From contig NC_043009.1 of assembly GCF_006345805.1 (NCBI RefSeq), positions 47,616,001 to 47,680,000 on the forward strand: a stretch of DNA of 64,000 bases. The letters are read 5' to 3'. The position numbers and the translations under genes were made by a program. Of this stretch, positions 25,076-36,845 are shown piece by piece (positions within the stretch are counted from its first letter, which is position 1; every line of letters starts with the position of its first letter). The notes under the pieces are model-generated. The model searched no databases. It was not told the DNA's origin and saw nothing but the letters and a program-made list of their open reading frames with translations. The DNA comes from Octopus sinensis (Eukaryota).

Positions 25076-28000
25076 TCACAGGCGAAACCTGAGAACTGGT
25101 CCATTTATACAGGCCAGTCTCGCACAATTCACCCACCTTTCATAAAACTTGCTATCGGACAGCACTTTCCTCTCTAACCTCATCTTCCTTTTCAAGTGAA
25201 ACTTGAAAAAGTTGATGAGGCCTTGACCAAAGAGGAAAGTGTCTGTCTTTAGCCCTTTCAAACGAGTCCACCACACGACCTCTTTCGCCACAGCCACTAG
25301 GCACAAGAAAACGGCCTCGCCCTCCTTGTTAAAGGAAGTCGGCGGGGCAATCTTCACTATGGATTCGGCCGATAGTCGGATCCGTCCTATACGTGACAGT
25401 AGCTGTTCGACATAAACCCATATTTCAGCAATACTCGGGCACTGGACGAGTGCGTGCAGGACGGTTTCGTCATCCTGGCAACACCTCGGGCAGGCCCGGC
25501 TGACGGCACTTCCGTGCCGGTAGAGTTTATCTCGAACAGGCAGAGCCCCTCGGTAGCACTGCCAAGCGAGCGACCTCTGGAAATTATCCATCGGCCCCGG
25601 CCCGAAAGTCCTCCCGAACAGACCGCTCAGTTCGTCGTCTTCAACGCCTAGAGTTTCCCCGAGAACATCGTCGCATTTTTCCTCCACTAACCCTCTATAG
25701 AACGCTAGAGTGGAGCTGTAACCGATCGCATTGCCCGCCTGGCGGAGGGCGGAGAGAGCTTGACGGCACTCGAGGTGCCAAGCGCCCTTTCTCGGTCTAC
25801 GTTTGATCCAGGTCTGCAGCTCCGTCAAAGAGACGAGCTGCGGAAAATCGCGTCTGACAAAAGACGACCACACCTGTTCACCGTCTAGGAAGCGCTCGAG
25901 ATGCCGCAGCCTGAGCGCATGTCTGCGCAACAGCAACCACGGCATTCCAAGGCCTCCGTTCAGCGGTCGTTGACAGCAGATGGATCGCCTGACCAGTGGC
26001 ACCTGACCCTTCCACAAAAAGTCGAAGAACAGACGTACCAGCTTGGCCAACCAGCGGTCGGGACAAGGGACGACGGTCAAGCGGTAATAGATGACGGATG
26101 CGATGTATGCATTCGCCACCTCCGCTCGACCTTTCAGGGACAGCTTCCTCTCGGCCCATTTCTGGGTGAGACGTGCCACCCTGCTCGTCACCTCTTCCCA
26201 GTTCTTATCCACCTGGAGGTCCGGACCGAACCAGACCCCGAGCAGTTTAACGGGTCCGTCTGTCCAGCGCCCTACGACGCTGTTGGACGGCATGGGCTTG
26301 CCTCTCCAGGTGCCCAGTTGCAAGCCCACAGACTTTTCCGCGTTAATCTTTGCCCCTGTCACCGCTTCGTACTGGTTTAGCGTCTCGCCAATCAGGCCAA
26401 TGTGCCTGTGGCTCGACACCACCACGGTGACGTCGTCGGCATAAGCAGACACGCTGTTTCCGCCTCCTAGATCGCGCGGGATACCCCTCAAAGCCTCCAA
26501 CTTGCGCAGTAATGGCTCGAGAGTCAAAATGTACAAGAGGGAGGAGAGAGGGCATCCTTGGCGGACCGAACGCGAGATGTCAAACGGTTCCGAAAGGTGA
26601 CCGTTCACCCGTATCACCGAGCAGATGTTGCTGTATAAAGCAGCGATCCACCCGCGGAAGACTGGACCGAAGCCGGCTGCCCTGAGGACAGCTGCCAGGT
26701 ACCGATGGTCGACCCTATCGAAGGCTTTACTCTGATCCAAGTTGATCAAAGCCCCACCCGCGCCAGCGTCGTTACCCACCCTCTCTATGATGTAGCGCAT
26801 GAGATGGAGGTTGTCGTGTATCGACCTGGTCGGCACGGCGCATGTCTGCGTCTTGCCGACCAGCTTGTCCACGACAAGCGCCAATCTCTTGGCTAGCACC
26901 TTGGCCAAAATCTTCAACTCTGCATTGAGCAGAGTGATGGGCCGGAAATTCCCTATAACGTCCCCCTTGTTTGGGTCCTTCTTTAGCAAAGCCACCACCC
27001 CTCGACAGACAAAAGCAGGAATTCTCCCGTTTTGCTGCCAGTTGCAGTAGACGTTTGCCAACAGGTCCGCAAACAAGTCTGGCATTGAAAAGTAAAGCTT
27101 GTAGGGCAGACCATCCAAACCCGGCGATCTACCTCTCGTGCAACTCTTCATCGCTTCCTGTACTTCCCAGGCAGATATCGGTCCTTCGCAGCACTCTGCC
27201 TCGCTGTCCGAGAGTTGCGGTAGGCCGTCCAGGTACACACCGAAGTCTGTACCGTTGGTGTCCGTTCCACCGCTCGTCACAAACAGTTGAGCAAAGTGCC
27301 GCTGAAGCACCGTACACATCTGCTGCTTCGTTGGGTAACCTCGCGCCCGTTCTGGTCCACCAAAGACCGAATGGTTGCTCTGTTGCCTCGCTTCGCCTCC
27401 GCCACGCGGGCCCATCGAGCGGCTCTAGTCCCCTCCCCGCTTAGCGAACGTGCCTTAGCTCTGACAACGCAGCCTTCGTGTTTGGCGTCGAAGTGTTGGT
27501 CGAGGGCCAACCTTGCCGCCAACACGTCGGTCGCGATGCCAGTGTCAAGAGCCTCGTCTAGTTTCTTAACTAAATCCCGCTCTCTCTTCCTACGTTCAAT
27601 AGCTAGAGTCTTACTATACCTAATCGACTCTACTCTAATTGCTCTCTTGAGGGCAAACCACCAGTTGTTGTTGATGATTGCCCCCGTGAGCGCCCGCTTA
27701 ACTAGTAAACTAATCCGGTCTCTGTAAGCTTTGCACGCCGTTAACGACACGTTCAGCTTCCAGTAGCCGGGTCCCTGTCTATGTAGCCTATCTAAGTCGA
27801 CCGTACAGATCACTAATTTGTGGTCCGTATATTCGACTAGGTGGAATTGTGGACACCCTACGCTGTCCATATCCGCTGGCCTACAAAACACTCTATCTAA
27901 GTACGATCTAGACGACCCGATGCGGTTTGTCCAAGTCCACATTGGCACATTCGGGTTGTCTAGTCGAAACCTGTCGGACAGCTGAAAGCGGCCGAGTAGG

Positions 28001-28512
28001 TTGGCGAGGCTCTTGCACCCTCCCCCTCTCCTATCAGACGCTCCCCTGCCCACCCGATCGAAACGTTCGTCTAAGACAGCGTTCCAATCCCCAACTAGTA
28101 CTAGAGTGCGTGACGTTCCCAGGAAAACTTCCAGACGTTTGAAATAATCCGACTGCCCTGCTCCTGTCGGAGCGTAGGCAGCCAGCAGTCTGAAAGCACC
28201 TCCGTCACTACCGTCGACGTCGAGGACCACCAACTTACCTTCCGGATCCAAGAAGACTGTCCTTATTTTCAGGTCCAGGCCCTTCCGAAACAACACCGCA
28301 GTACCACCACCGCCCGCTCCCGGCCGACACGGAGATAGAAATATCTCGTATCCGCCGAAAAGGGCTGCGAGTTCCTGCGGGGGTGGAGAGCCTGGTTTCA
28401 CTGATGGCTGCTACATCCACATCATGAAACCTCAGGTCGTTAACAGGTGACCCTGTTTCCAAGGTGACCCGAGGCCTCTCACATTCAAGCAACCGATTCT
28501 AAGATTTGCCAT
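25076..28512 (-). CDS. Tx1 ORF2: APE endonuclease, reverse transcriptase, C-terminal zinc finger (3 frameshifts, near 28440, 28385, 27330)
   Basis: MANLRIGCLNVRGL, ISETR, AYAP, VGDWN, SYLDRVF, TDHK; SPGLDGLP, FRPITLLN, LDQSKAFDRV, RQGCPLS, YADD; CPRC..ETVLHALVQC. Confidence 0.93.
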
Positions 28513-28552
28513 GTTTCAAAAGTTAGGGGAAAAAAAAAGGAGAAAAAAGGCT

Positions 28553-30395
28553 CTACTTACTGTTGTTGGTGGTGGGGGTGGCTCCCTTGTGCTTTTGCAC
28601 GGGTGCTTCTACAATATTTTTGTAAAGTTTCTGAGAGAAACTTTTCCCTAACGATCCCACATCGTTAGGGAATATTTGTTTTATTTCGTTGTAAACTGTT
28701 TTGTTTATTTTTATTGTGAGAATGTGTGCTGGTGGTGTGTTGTGTGTAGGTATTATGAAATCTGTAATGTTTGTGCTTGTTTTGTTTTTCAAATACTCAA
28801 CCAGTTCCTGGTTTCTTGTATTCACTGCTGTAATCGTGTCTGTAATTGTGTCTGTGTTTGTTTGTGTCTGTGGTAGTGGCAGTAGTGGTGTCGAAAGTGT
28901 TGTTGTTGTTGTTGATGTTGGGAAGTACTATTTGTTCGTGCTTCCCCTGTAAATCTTTTTGTTTTTTCCTCCTTTTCTTTTTTGGAGGCACTATGTTCCA
29001 TTCTCCTTTGTTGGAATCAGAGCTCGCACAATCCGAGATCTCTTCATCCGGCAAAGGAATGGTTGAGGGGTCTGCTTCAGTAGCAGGACGAAAAGTTTTT
29101 GGTTCCGCCGGTATCGGTGGTGCCGCTGCTCCTGTTACTGTTGATGTCGCTGCTGTCGACCTTCGAGGTACTGGTGTCGGTGTTGGTTCGGTGGTGGTTG
29201 TCGGTGTTGGTTTGGTGGTGGTTGTTGTTGTTGGAGGTGGTGTTGTTCGTCTTGGTGCTGGTGTTGGTGATGGTGTTGGTGGTGTGGCAGCCTTTGGTGT
29301 TTCTTGCTGTTTTTGTTGTTTCTGTTGTTGTTGCTTGTGTTGTTGTTGTTGTTGTTGCTGCTGCCTCTTGCTGAAAGCCTCCATCCTCTTTTTGTGAATG
29401 GGACAGTCCCTCTTTAAGTGGCTTTCGCTGCTGCAGAGAAAACATTTTGGCTTTCGCCCCTCCACAGCAACGTTTAGCCTGGTGCCGTCCGGCAAACTTA
29501 CGAAATCAGGGACTTTACTTATATTCTCTTGCTGAATTTGCGCAAGAAGCAGCACTCCCATCCCCAACCAGTTTTTCGCCCTCACTCTCCTGACATCTAG
29601 AATGGTGGTAGTGTCCTCTATATCATAGAGGACAGCTGCCACCAGCCATGACATATCTAGCTCAGGGGGGGCGAGGTCGATTTTTATTTTTGTTACTCTT
29701 CGCCCGAGGTGGGTCGGAACTAGTAACAAATTCTCAGTTTGCAAGGGCGAAATGGCGTTCGCCCTTGCAAGCTCCTCTGTTGGGAAGCGAACCTCCACGG
29801 TTCCAAAACGCTTCCCCTTGGTTACGTAGCTCTTTTGGGCCCAAATGGGCTTTAGAGCTATCTCCAACTGTTGGGGTGTGGCATTTGTTATTCTTTTTAG
29901 TTTTCTGTCGAAAACTTTGTAAATTATTGTTTTCTTGTTGGTGCTTTCAATCACCTCTTGTGGAGTATTGAGGAAGATGCCATTGCCATCCTTCCTCAAC
30001 AACTCCTTCGCTCTTTTCACATCTTCTAGAGTTATCTTAACTTCCTCCGAAATTTGCTTCGCAGCAGAAGCAAAATTGTTGGAAGTTTTTTCTTTTTTCT
30101 CCGTGTCAATGTTTGTGATGATTTTTGTAATTGTTTTTTCTTCCTCCTCCTTCCGTACCAAAGCATTGGGTGAAGGCAGAGGGGGAAAATTGAGAATTAC
30201 GTCGAACGCGATGTCCTGGCTTGCATTCTCCTTTTGAACCGAGCGCGTGCTCTCCGGTTCGGAAGGAGGAGCTCTGTTGCCTTTTACGGCCTGAAATGGG
30301 TTGTTCGTAACCCGTGACGTTATTATTTTTTTTTGTTCTTGTGGAGGGGGTGTTGTAAGAAGGAGGGAAGAGCCAGCAGCTCGTTTTAATGCCAT
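28553..30395 (-). CDS. Tx1 ORF1: Gag-like, RRM-like region, CCHC knuckle, polyQ and P/T-rich linker, basic NLS-like motif
   Basis: ATG at 30395, open to 28797 (532 aa); CFLCSSESHLKRDC; PPKKKRRKK; probable frameshift near 28855 extends into frame 28553-28825. Confidence 0.85.
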
Positions 30396-30429
30396 TTTGT
30401 AATGTGTGATAACAATAATAACAATAATA

Positions 30430-30680
30430 ACAAGCACATTCAGAGAGTGCAAACCTCCACCAAGGCAACACCAATGTCCTCTCAATGATTAGCTAGAGAT
30501 GATTTTTTAAATGAGAATATCTAAAATAAACTCGACTGCTCTCACAAACGAGAATACTAAAAATGAACCTAACTACTCTCAAAAATTAAGTAAAACAAAC
30601 AGGAAAAGTAATTCAGATTCCTTGTCCAGTACCAGATTGTTCCCAAAGTCTAATCAGTTCATGCCAGTCATAAGGCCAAA
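30430..30680 (+). mobile_element. Helitron/Helentron-like non-autonomous repeat, 5' part
   Basis: cagagagtgcaaacctccaccaaggc start, ..ccaaagtctaatcagttcatgccagtc; recognition only. Confidence 0.5.
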
Positions 30681-31172
30681 TGTAATAGCTTTAATAGTGA
30701 TGCTTTCTTTATTAACTAGAGTGGTTGATAAAAAGATCAAGTTTGGTACAACATGATTCAGTTTGGAATTAAAAATAGGAAAATGCGTGAGCTATAGTCA
30801 ATGTTTTATGATGTCATTGTGCTGTCAATAAATCATTATAAATGATAGGAAAGCTGAGAGAGTGTTTGTGAACGGATGAGTAAATTGATGTTGCTCAAAG
30901 GGGTACGGACCCAGCATGATCAGTGGGGGTGAACCAGCTTATGCTGTCAGGCCCTGCTGATATCAGGGGTTGCGTTCTATGCCTTGACCTGAGCATAGAA
31001 TGGGGCTTGCCTCTTTGAGCTGGAAAATGAATGGAATGCCTGGTGTGTGTCTTGTTGTGGCTACACACTCCTGAAAAAAATGGCGAATAAGCCTGGGTAT
31101 ATATAAAAAATATATAGATGTGTGTATCTATTTGTATATATTTATACATGTGTGTGTGGATGTTTATATATA

Positions 31173-32054
31173 TGTGGTCTGATCAATAAGTATCTAGACT
31201 GTTGCCATAGTAAGGAAGCTAAAGCACGCAGAGTGATGCTGCTTGGCACAGATTAACAATGAAATCTACTGTGCAAGCACACTAAGTTTTAACATTCTAG
31301 CTTACTTCTGCTGTTTACAGCAGTGCTTGGAAGGAAGATGTGTAGCATGTGATCATCACATTGACCATGACAGGGAAAGTTGAGCAGAGAAGCTGCATCA
31401 AATTTTGCCAAAAGCTTGGTGATACTTGCTCAGAGGTTTACACTAAATTTATAAAAAGTTCTCAACACAATCAAGGAGATCTTGTGCAACTGAAACCCGA
31501 GTGTTTTTTTGGTCAGCTGAAAGCAGTTTTGGCACAAACTTGGCAGATATGTGTCTCATACCCGAATCTTCAGTGACAATGGACAGAACTGAACCGTAAC
31601 TAATCTGCACATCCTCTGATAACTCACAGATGGTGACTCGATGATTTCCCCTCACAGCTGCATGCCACATCTGCAATGTTTTTCTCAGTTCTGCTGGTTG
31701 TGCATCTCTCAGAATGTTCATCAATATTGACATATTTTTGGCCATCTTGGAAATGCCTGAACCACTCGTACACTTGTGTGTGGCTCATACACTCCTCTCC
31801 ATACACTTTCTTCAAATTTGTGTAGGCCTCTGAGCAGGTATCACCAAGACAACTTTCTCTGTCATAGTCAGTCCAACGATCACATGCTACACACCTTCCT
31901 TCCAAGCACTGCTGTAAACAGTAGAAGTGAGCTAGGACATTAAATCTTAGTGTGTATGCATAGCAGAGTTCAATGTCAATCTTTGTCAAGTAGCTCTGTG
32001 TGCTTTAGGTTTATTACTATGGTAACAGTCCAGATACTTATTGATCAGAACTCC
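31173..32054. mobile_element. Fold-back mariner derivative made of two left ends
   Basis: TA-flanked TIRs ..gtctgatcaataagtatct; + arm MTGKVEQRSCIKFCQKLG; - arm extends to MRHISAKFVPKLL. Confidence 0.9.
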
Positions 32055-32088
<34 letters not shown>

Positions 32089-32414
32089 CACACACATATA
32101 TATATATATACATACAGAAGCACACAGACTATTTGTTACTGTCAAATAGTTTGAATTATTGTGATAATATTATACACCTACATTTCTCCTTTCTTGCCAT
32201 AACTTTCCCTCTTTTAGCTCTACGCCACAAAGCTTGATTAATAACTAACAAAAATGCAAGGTTACTACAAGGTTATGAACATAAATCTAAATAACCAACA
32301 AATATATAATTTATTACAATAAATCAGAAAAAAAAAAGAACTTGGAAGAAAGTGTTTATTTTATTACTATTTTTTTTTTGTTGTAAATCTCATATACACC
32401 TCAAATACATTCTC

Positions 32415-32616
32415 ATTACTTGTTTCAGTCATTTTGACTGTGGCCATGTTGGAGCACCACCTTTAGTCGAGTAAATCGACCCAAGGACTTATTCTTTGTA
32501 AGCCTGGTACTTATTCTACCGGTCTCTTTTGCCGAACTGCTAAGTTACAGAGACATAAACACACCAGTATCGGTTGTCAAGCGATGTTGGGGGAACAAAC
32601 ACAGACACACAAACAT

Positions 32617-32649
<33 letters not shown>

Positions 32650-32845
32650 CATATATATATACATACATATATATATACATACATATATATGACGGGCTTC
32701 TTTCAGTTTCTGTCTACCAAATCCACCCACAAGGCTTTGGTCGGCCCGAGGCTATAGTAGAAGACACTTGCCCAAGGTGCCACGCAGTGGGACTGAACCT
32801 GGAACCATGTGGTTGGTAAGCAAGCTACTTACAACACAGCCACTT
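32415..32845 (-). mobile_element. Full-length SINE A
   Basis: Consensus match, internal (CA)(TA)n. Confidence 0.9.
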
Positions 32846-32864
32846 CTACAGAGTATATAACTTA

Positions 32865-33080
32865 AGGTGGCAGGCTGCAGAATTGTTAGCATGTTGGGGA
32901 AAATGCTTGGCAGTATTTTGCCTGTCTTTATGTTTTGAGCTCAAATTCCACTGAGGTTGACTTTGCATTTTATCCTTCCAGGTTTGATAAAATAAGTACC
33001 AGATGAGCACTGAGGTTGATGTAATCAAATTACCTCCTCACATGAACTTACTGACCTCATGCCAAAATTTGAAACTACTA
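32865..33080 (+). mobile_element. SINE B, degenerate
   Basis: Head, core and ccaaaatttgaaac tail. Confidence 0.75.
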
Positions 33081-33099
33081 TAGGGTGTATAAGACATTA

Positions 33100-33870
33100 C
33101 AGAGTATAGTGAAAGACCTCTATGAAGAAGTCATTGACAGAAAATGCAAAACCAATATGATGTGAACAAAATTATCCTTAGAGAGAGAACTAGCTTGAGA
33201 GTTTAAAATGCAGATATGAGATGCTTTTGCACTTTTGCCATGGCTTGAAATCAATGGAATAAATGAAGTGCATGTCTTTCATACAGAAAAAAGAAAAATA
33301 ATTGAAATTGATTTGGCTTGAAAACTTGAAAAGAAGTGACAGACTATTCATCAGAATTTGAGGCACTCTGTGAACAAAGACAAAAAAAGAAATTACGAAG
33401 TAAAATGTTGAATAATCTAGATTACAATATCAATATTATGAAAGACAAAAATGATACAAAGAACTGAACAAAGTAGTTGAAACAGCAGTAAAAAATACAA
33501 AAGAACGAGAACGTACAAGACAAAATAGAAATAATATAAACTGACTTCAAGAACAATAATAGCCATAACCTTTTCAAGTCAGTTCGTGAAACGGAGGGAA
33601 AGAGCATGAAAATATAATAGTGCAATAAAAAGACATAGATGAGATATATATCAATGATGGAAAGTTCATTTTGAACAACAACTTAACACTAAATTTCTAC
33701 ATAACTCAGAAGCAATATTAGAAACGCTGGCGATCTGCCTGATGTAAATACTCAAGCGGAAATAACAAGAGAAGAAATAGAAAAGGCAATAAAAATATTG
33801 AAGAAACAATAAAGTCCTCAGTATAGATGCCATCAATGTTAAAGTACTAAAAGCTAGAAGAGAGCACATT
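33100..33870 (+). pseudogene. Old LINE ORF2 fragment (RTE-like EN-RT linker)
   Basis: ITREEIEKAIKILKKQ*SP..DAINVKVLKA resembles the EExxxAIxxLKxxKSPGxD motif; many stops. Confidence 0.6.
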
Positions 33871-34678
33871 TAACATGTTACATGTAATATTCATTATAGA
33901 TAGAAAACATACACAAGAAATACCTACAAGGCTATGTGATTAAGAAGCTCACTTTGTAACCACATGGTTTCAGGTTCAGTCCCACATCTTGGCATCTTGG
34001 GTAAGCATTTTATACTATAGCCTTGTGAGTGAAGCTTGAAAATGAAACTTGTGTGGAAGCATGTTGTATATATATATATATATATATATAATAATAAATA
34101 TTAGGGAATAAATCCAAATTTACAGGGAAAAATCAGATTTAGGATTGAATCCAATTTTATAGCAAAATATTATATAATATTAATTAGAGACAAAACCACT
34201 ATTTTGCAAATCAAACAAAGAAAGACTTAATCCAATATATTAAAAAATTTTTAATATAAATTAAATAAACCCATGTAGACACACACAAAAGACACATGCA
34301 TTATCTCGCAGATTCAAGATTTCAGTCATGTGATTGTATATTTTTAGTATGATATGCATGATAGACTGAATCTGGTCAGTTTAAACATAAAACATAAAAT
34401 ATGGGGGTTCAATATGGCTGGTTTAAATCATAAAGGGTTAAAAAAAAAATACTGGTGGGGGCAATTTGTTTGTCTAAACCCTTCAAAGTAGTGTCTCAGC
34501 ATAACAGAAATCTAACAATTGAAAAAAAGATATAAGATATCCATTTGTAAAAGGTCAGTAATCAAGTGAAATAAAAGAGATTCATATCAGTTCCAAAGAA
34601 CTGTAACATAACATTCTTTTGGCACAACAAGTAATACATCTGGATGTTTAAACTAATTTTATGACATAAAGCATCAAC

Positions 34679-34738
34679 CTGTCCCAGAATCAAAACTTTG
34701 AACTAAATCAGATAGCAACATTTTGACACCGGAATCCT
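34679..34738 (-). CDS. Candidate exon DSGVKMLLSDLVQSFDSGT
   Basis: Acceptor gtctcatatttcag, donor CAG/gttgat; 60 nt, only phase 1-1 is open; joins 22102 in phase. Confidence 0.4.
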
Positions 34739-35732
34739 CTGAAATATGAGACTCTTCTCTTCATTGTTTGAACTGAATTCAATCCACAGGAATTCAAAGT
34801 ATCCAACTTTAACTATTCAGCCTTGTCTGTTTTGCAGGTATTTGAAGTTTGCAGCTTCACTGTTTCTATGATATCAATGATTAAGTAGGAAAGTAGGGAT
34901 CATCCTGAATAATTGAATGATTTTTAATTATAAGAAACTGAATATCTGCTGACTAAGAGCTAGTATTATTGCTGATTACACTTCAGGTTTATTAATAACC
35001 CCTTTCATTGCTTTTATGCATTACGGTGTCCCTTTAACATTAAGCAATTTGTCAATGAGCCATATAAATTACGTCTTTTTGGATGAAGAATCATAGAATT
35101 ATGCAAGTTGGATAATGTAGATAGTGAATAGAAAATAGTTTCCAATCATTACATATGATAATTTCAGTGTCAGCTGGTACATTTTTGCATGATAAACAAT
35201 TGCTCTCATTAATAATTAAATTCTGTGAGGGCTTGTAATCTTAAAATTCCTCATAATGAAGTAATCAACAGTAAAAAAAAAATACAATAAATAAAATTAA
35301 TGCATGCTTATATCATGATGATGGCGGTTAAAATATTATAAAGTTTCCCAAAGTCGATTGTCAAGTAGTTTATATTAAAAATTTTTTCGAAATCAATAAA
35401 ATACCCTTTCCAAATGAGATATTAATTTTCCTTTTCTAACTTTGAAAATAATCCATGTCTGAAATCCTTTTAAAGAGGCAACAAATCAGACCTGATGAGA
35501 GAGAAACTGTATGTGCACATGAACATGAGGGATAATTTTTAGCACAAGCTCTTCTGCTTTCTGTTATCTGCTTTACTTAATGGATGGAAAGCATGCTGAG
35601 ATACTAGTTTAAGAATTTTTAGGCAGTCATATCAAATCCCAATAATTATTTCAGCCCTGTACTATTTTTATTGGTATTTGTATGTTGGACTGTTAAGCTA
35701 TGGGAGATTAAAGGAAAACAACACCAAATTTT

Positions 35733-35975
35733 AGGCGGCAAGCTGGCAGAATCGTTAGCACGTCGGGCAAAATGCTTATTGCTATTTCATCTGCTGTTAC
35801 GTTCTGAGTTCAAATTCCGCCAAGGTTGACTTTGCCTTTCATCCTTTCGAGGTCGATAAACTAAGTACCAGTTATGCACTGGGGTTGATGTAATTGACTT
35901 AATCACTTTGTCTGTCCTTGTTTGTCCCCTCTATGCTTAGCCTCTTGTGGGCAATAAAGAAATAAGAAATAAGAA
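35733..35975 (+). mobile_element. Full-length SINE B with Tx1-like tail
   Basis: ggcggcaagctggcagaa..gtccttgtttgtcccctctatgcttagcctcttgtgggcaataaagaaataaga. Confidence 0.9.
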
Positions 35976-36204
35976 ACACCAACTTTTAGACTAGTGTGAA
36001 CATGAATATAGATATGAACACAAATATAGCTAGACTGACAGATGTACACACACATTTCAAGCTTCTATAAAGTTTCCATCAACTAATTTTCCTCAAAAGA
36101 TATTGGTCAACCAAGAAGCTTGTCTAAGATGTTGCATAGTGAGATCAAACCCAGAACCACAGGATTGAGAAGAAAATTTCTTAACCACAGAGCCAGACAT
36201 TTTT

Positions 36205-36845
36205 TATCTTTTGCTTGTTTCAGTCATTAGATTGTAGCCATACTGGAGCACAACCTTGAGGAATTTTAGTCAAGTGAATTGACCCCCAATACTTTATTTA
36301 TTTATTTATTTATTTATTTATTTGTAAGGCCTGATACTTATTCTATCAGCTGATTGTGCTGAATTGCTAAGTTAGAGGGATGTAAATACACCAACACCAG
36401 TTGTGAAGAAGTGGCAGTAAAGGAAGGGGGGCAAACACAGACATGAAGACACATACACATAGATATATGTATAGATACGATGAGCTTGGGCTAGATGACC
36501 TCTCCACTGCGGCCACGCTCTCAGGTCGCACTGGTGGGGAAGCTCTACTCATTGACGGATGGCGCCATCCACCTTAATACACCGGCACCCCAAGATCCCC
36601 TTCGTCTGAAAATTGGTCTGCTGGGTGTTGGGATTAGGTTCTGGAGAGGTGGCTGCGGTCACTGAAAATTGGTCCTGAAGCGCGGCCAATTTGCCCTTTC
36701 AGTTTCTGTCTACCAAATCCACTCATAAGACTTTGTTCAGTCAGAGGCTTTAGTAGAAGAAATTTGCCTAAGGCACAACGCAGTGGGACTGAACCTGGAA
36801 CCATGCAGTTGGGAAGCAAACCTCTTACCACACAACCTTGCTTGT
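36205..36845 (-). mobile_element. SINE A carrying a GC-rich insert at 36488-36696
   Basis: SINE sequence resumes on both sides of the insert. Confidence 0.85.

Larger units (their letters stand above)
24802..30410 (-). mobile_element. Near full-length Tx1-clade (L1 superfamily) non-LTR retrotransposon, about 5.6 kb
   Basis: ORF1 + 40-nt pyrimidine-rich spacer + ORF2 + about 270-nt 3' UTR ending AATAAAAAGGAA-(TTA)n; TTA/TTG repeat at the 5' flank; GC-rich against AT-rich host. Confidence 0.93.

Noticed and set aside
25901-27727. Plus-strand ORFs (159, 117, 83, 146 aa and others)
   Set aside because: Antisense shadows of the GC-rich Tx1 ORF2
30396-30485. 30-aa N-terminal extension of ORF1 in the ORF track
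   Set aside because: Starts at TTG in flanking Helitron-like DNA and crosses the TTA/TTG repeat; first ATG is 30395
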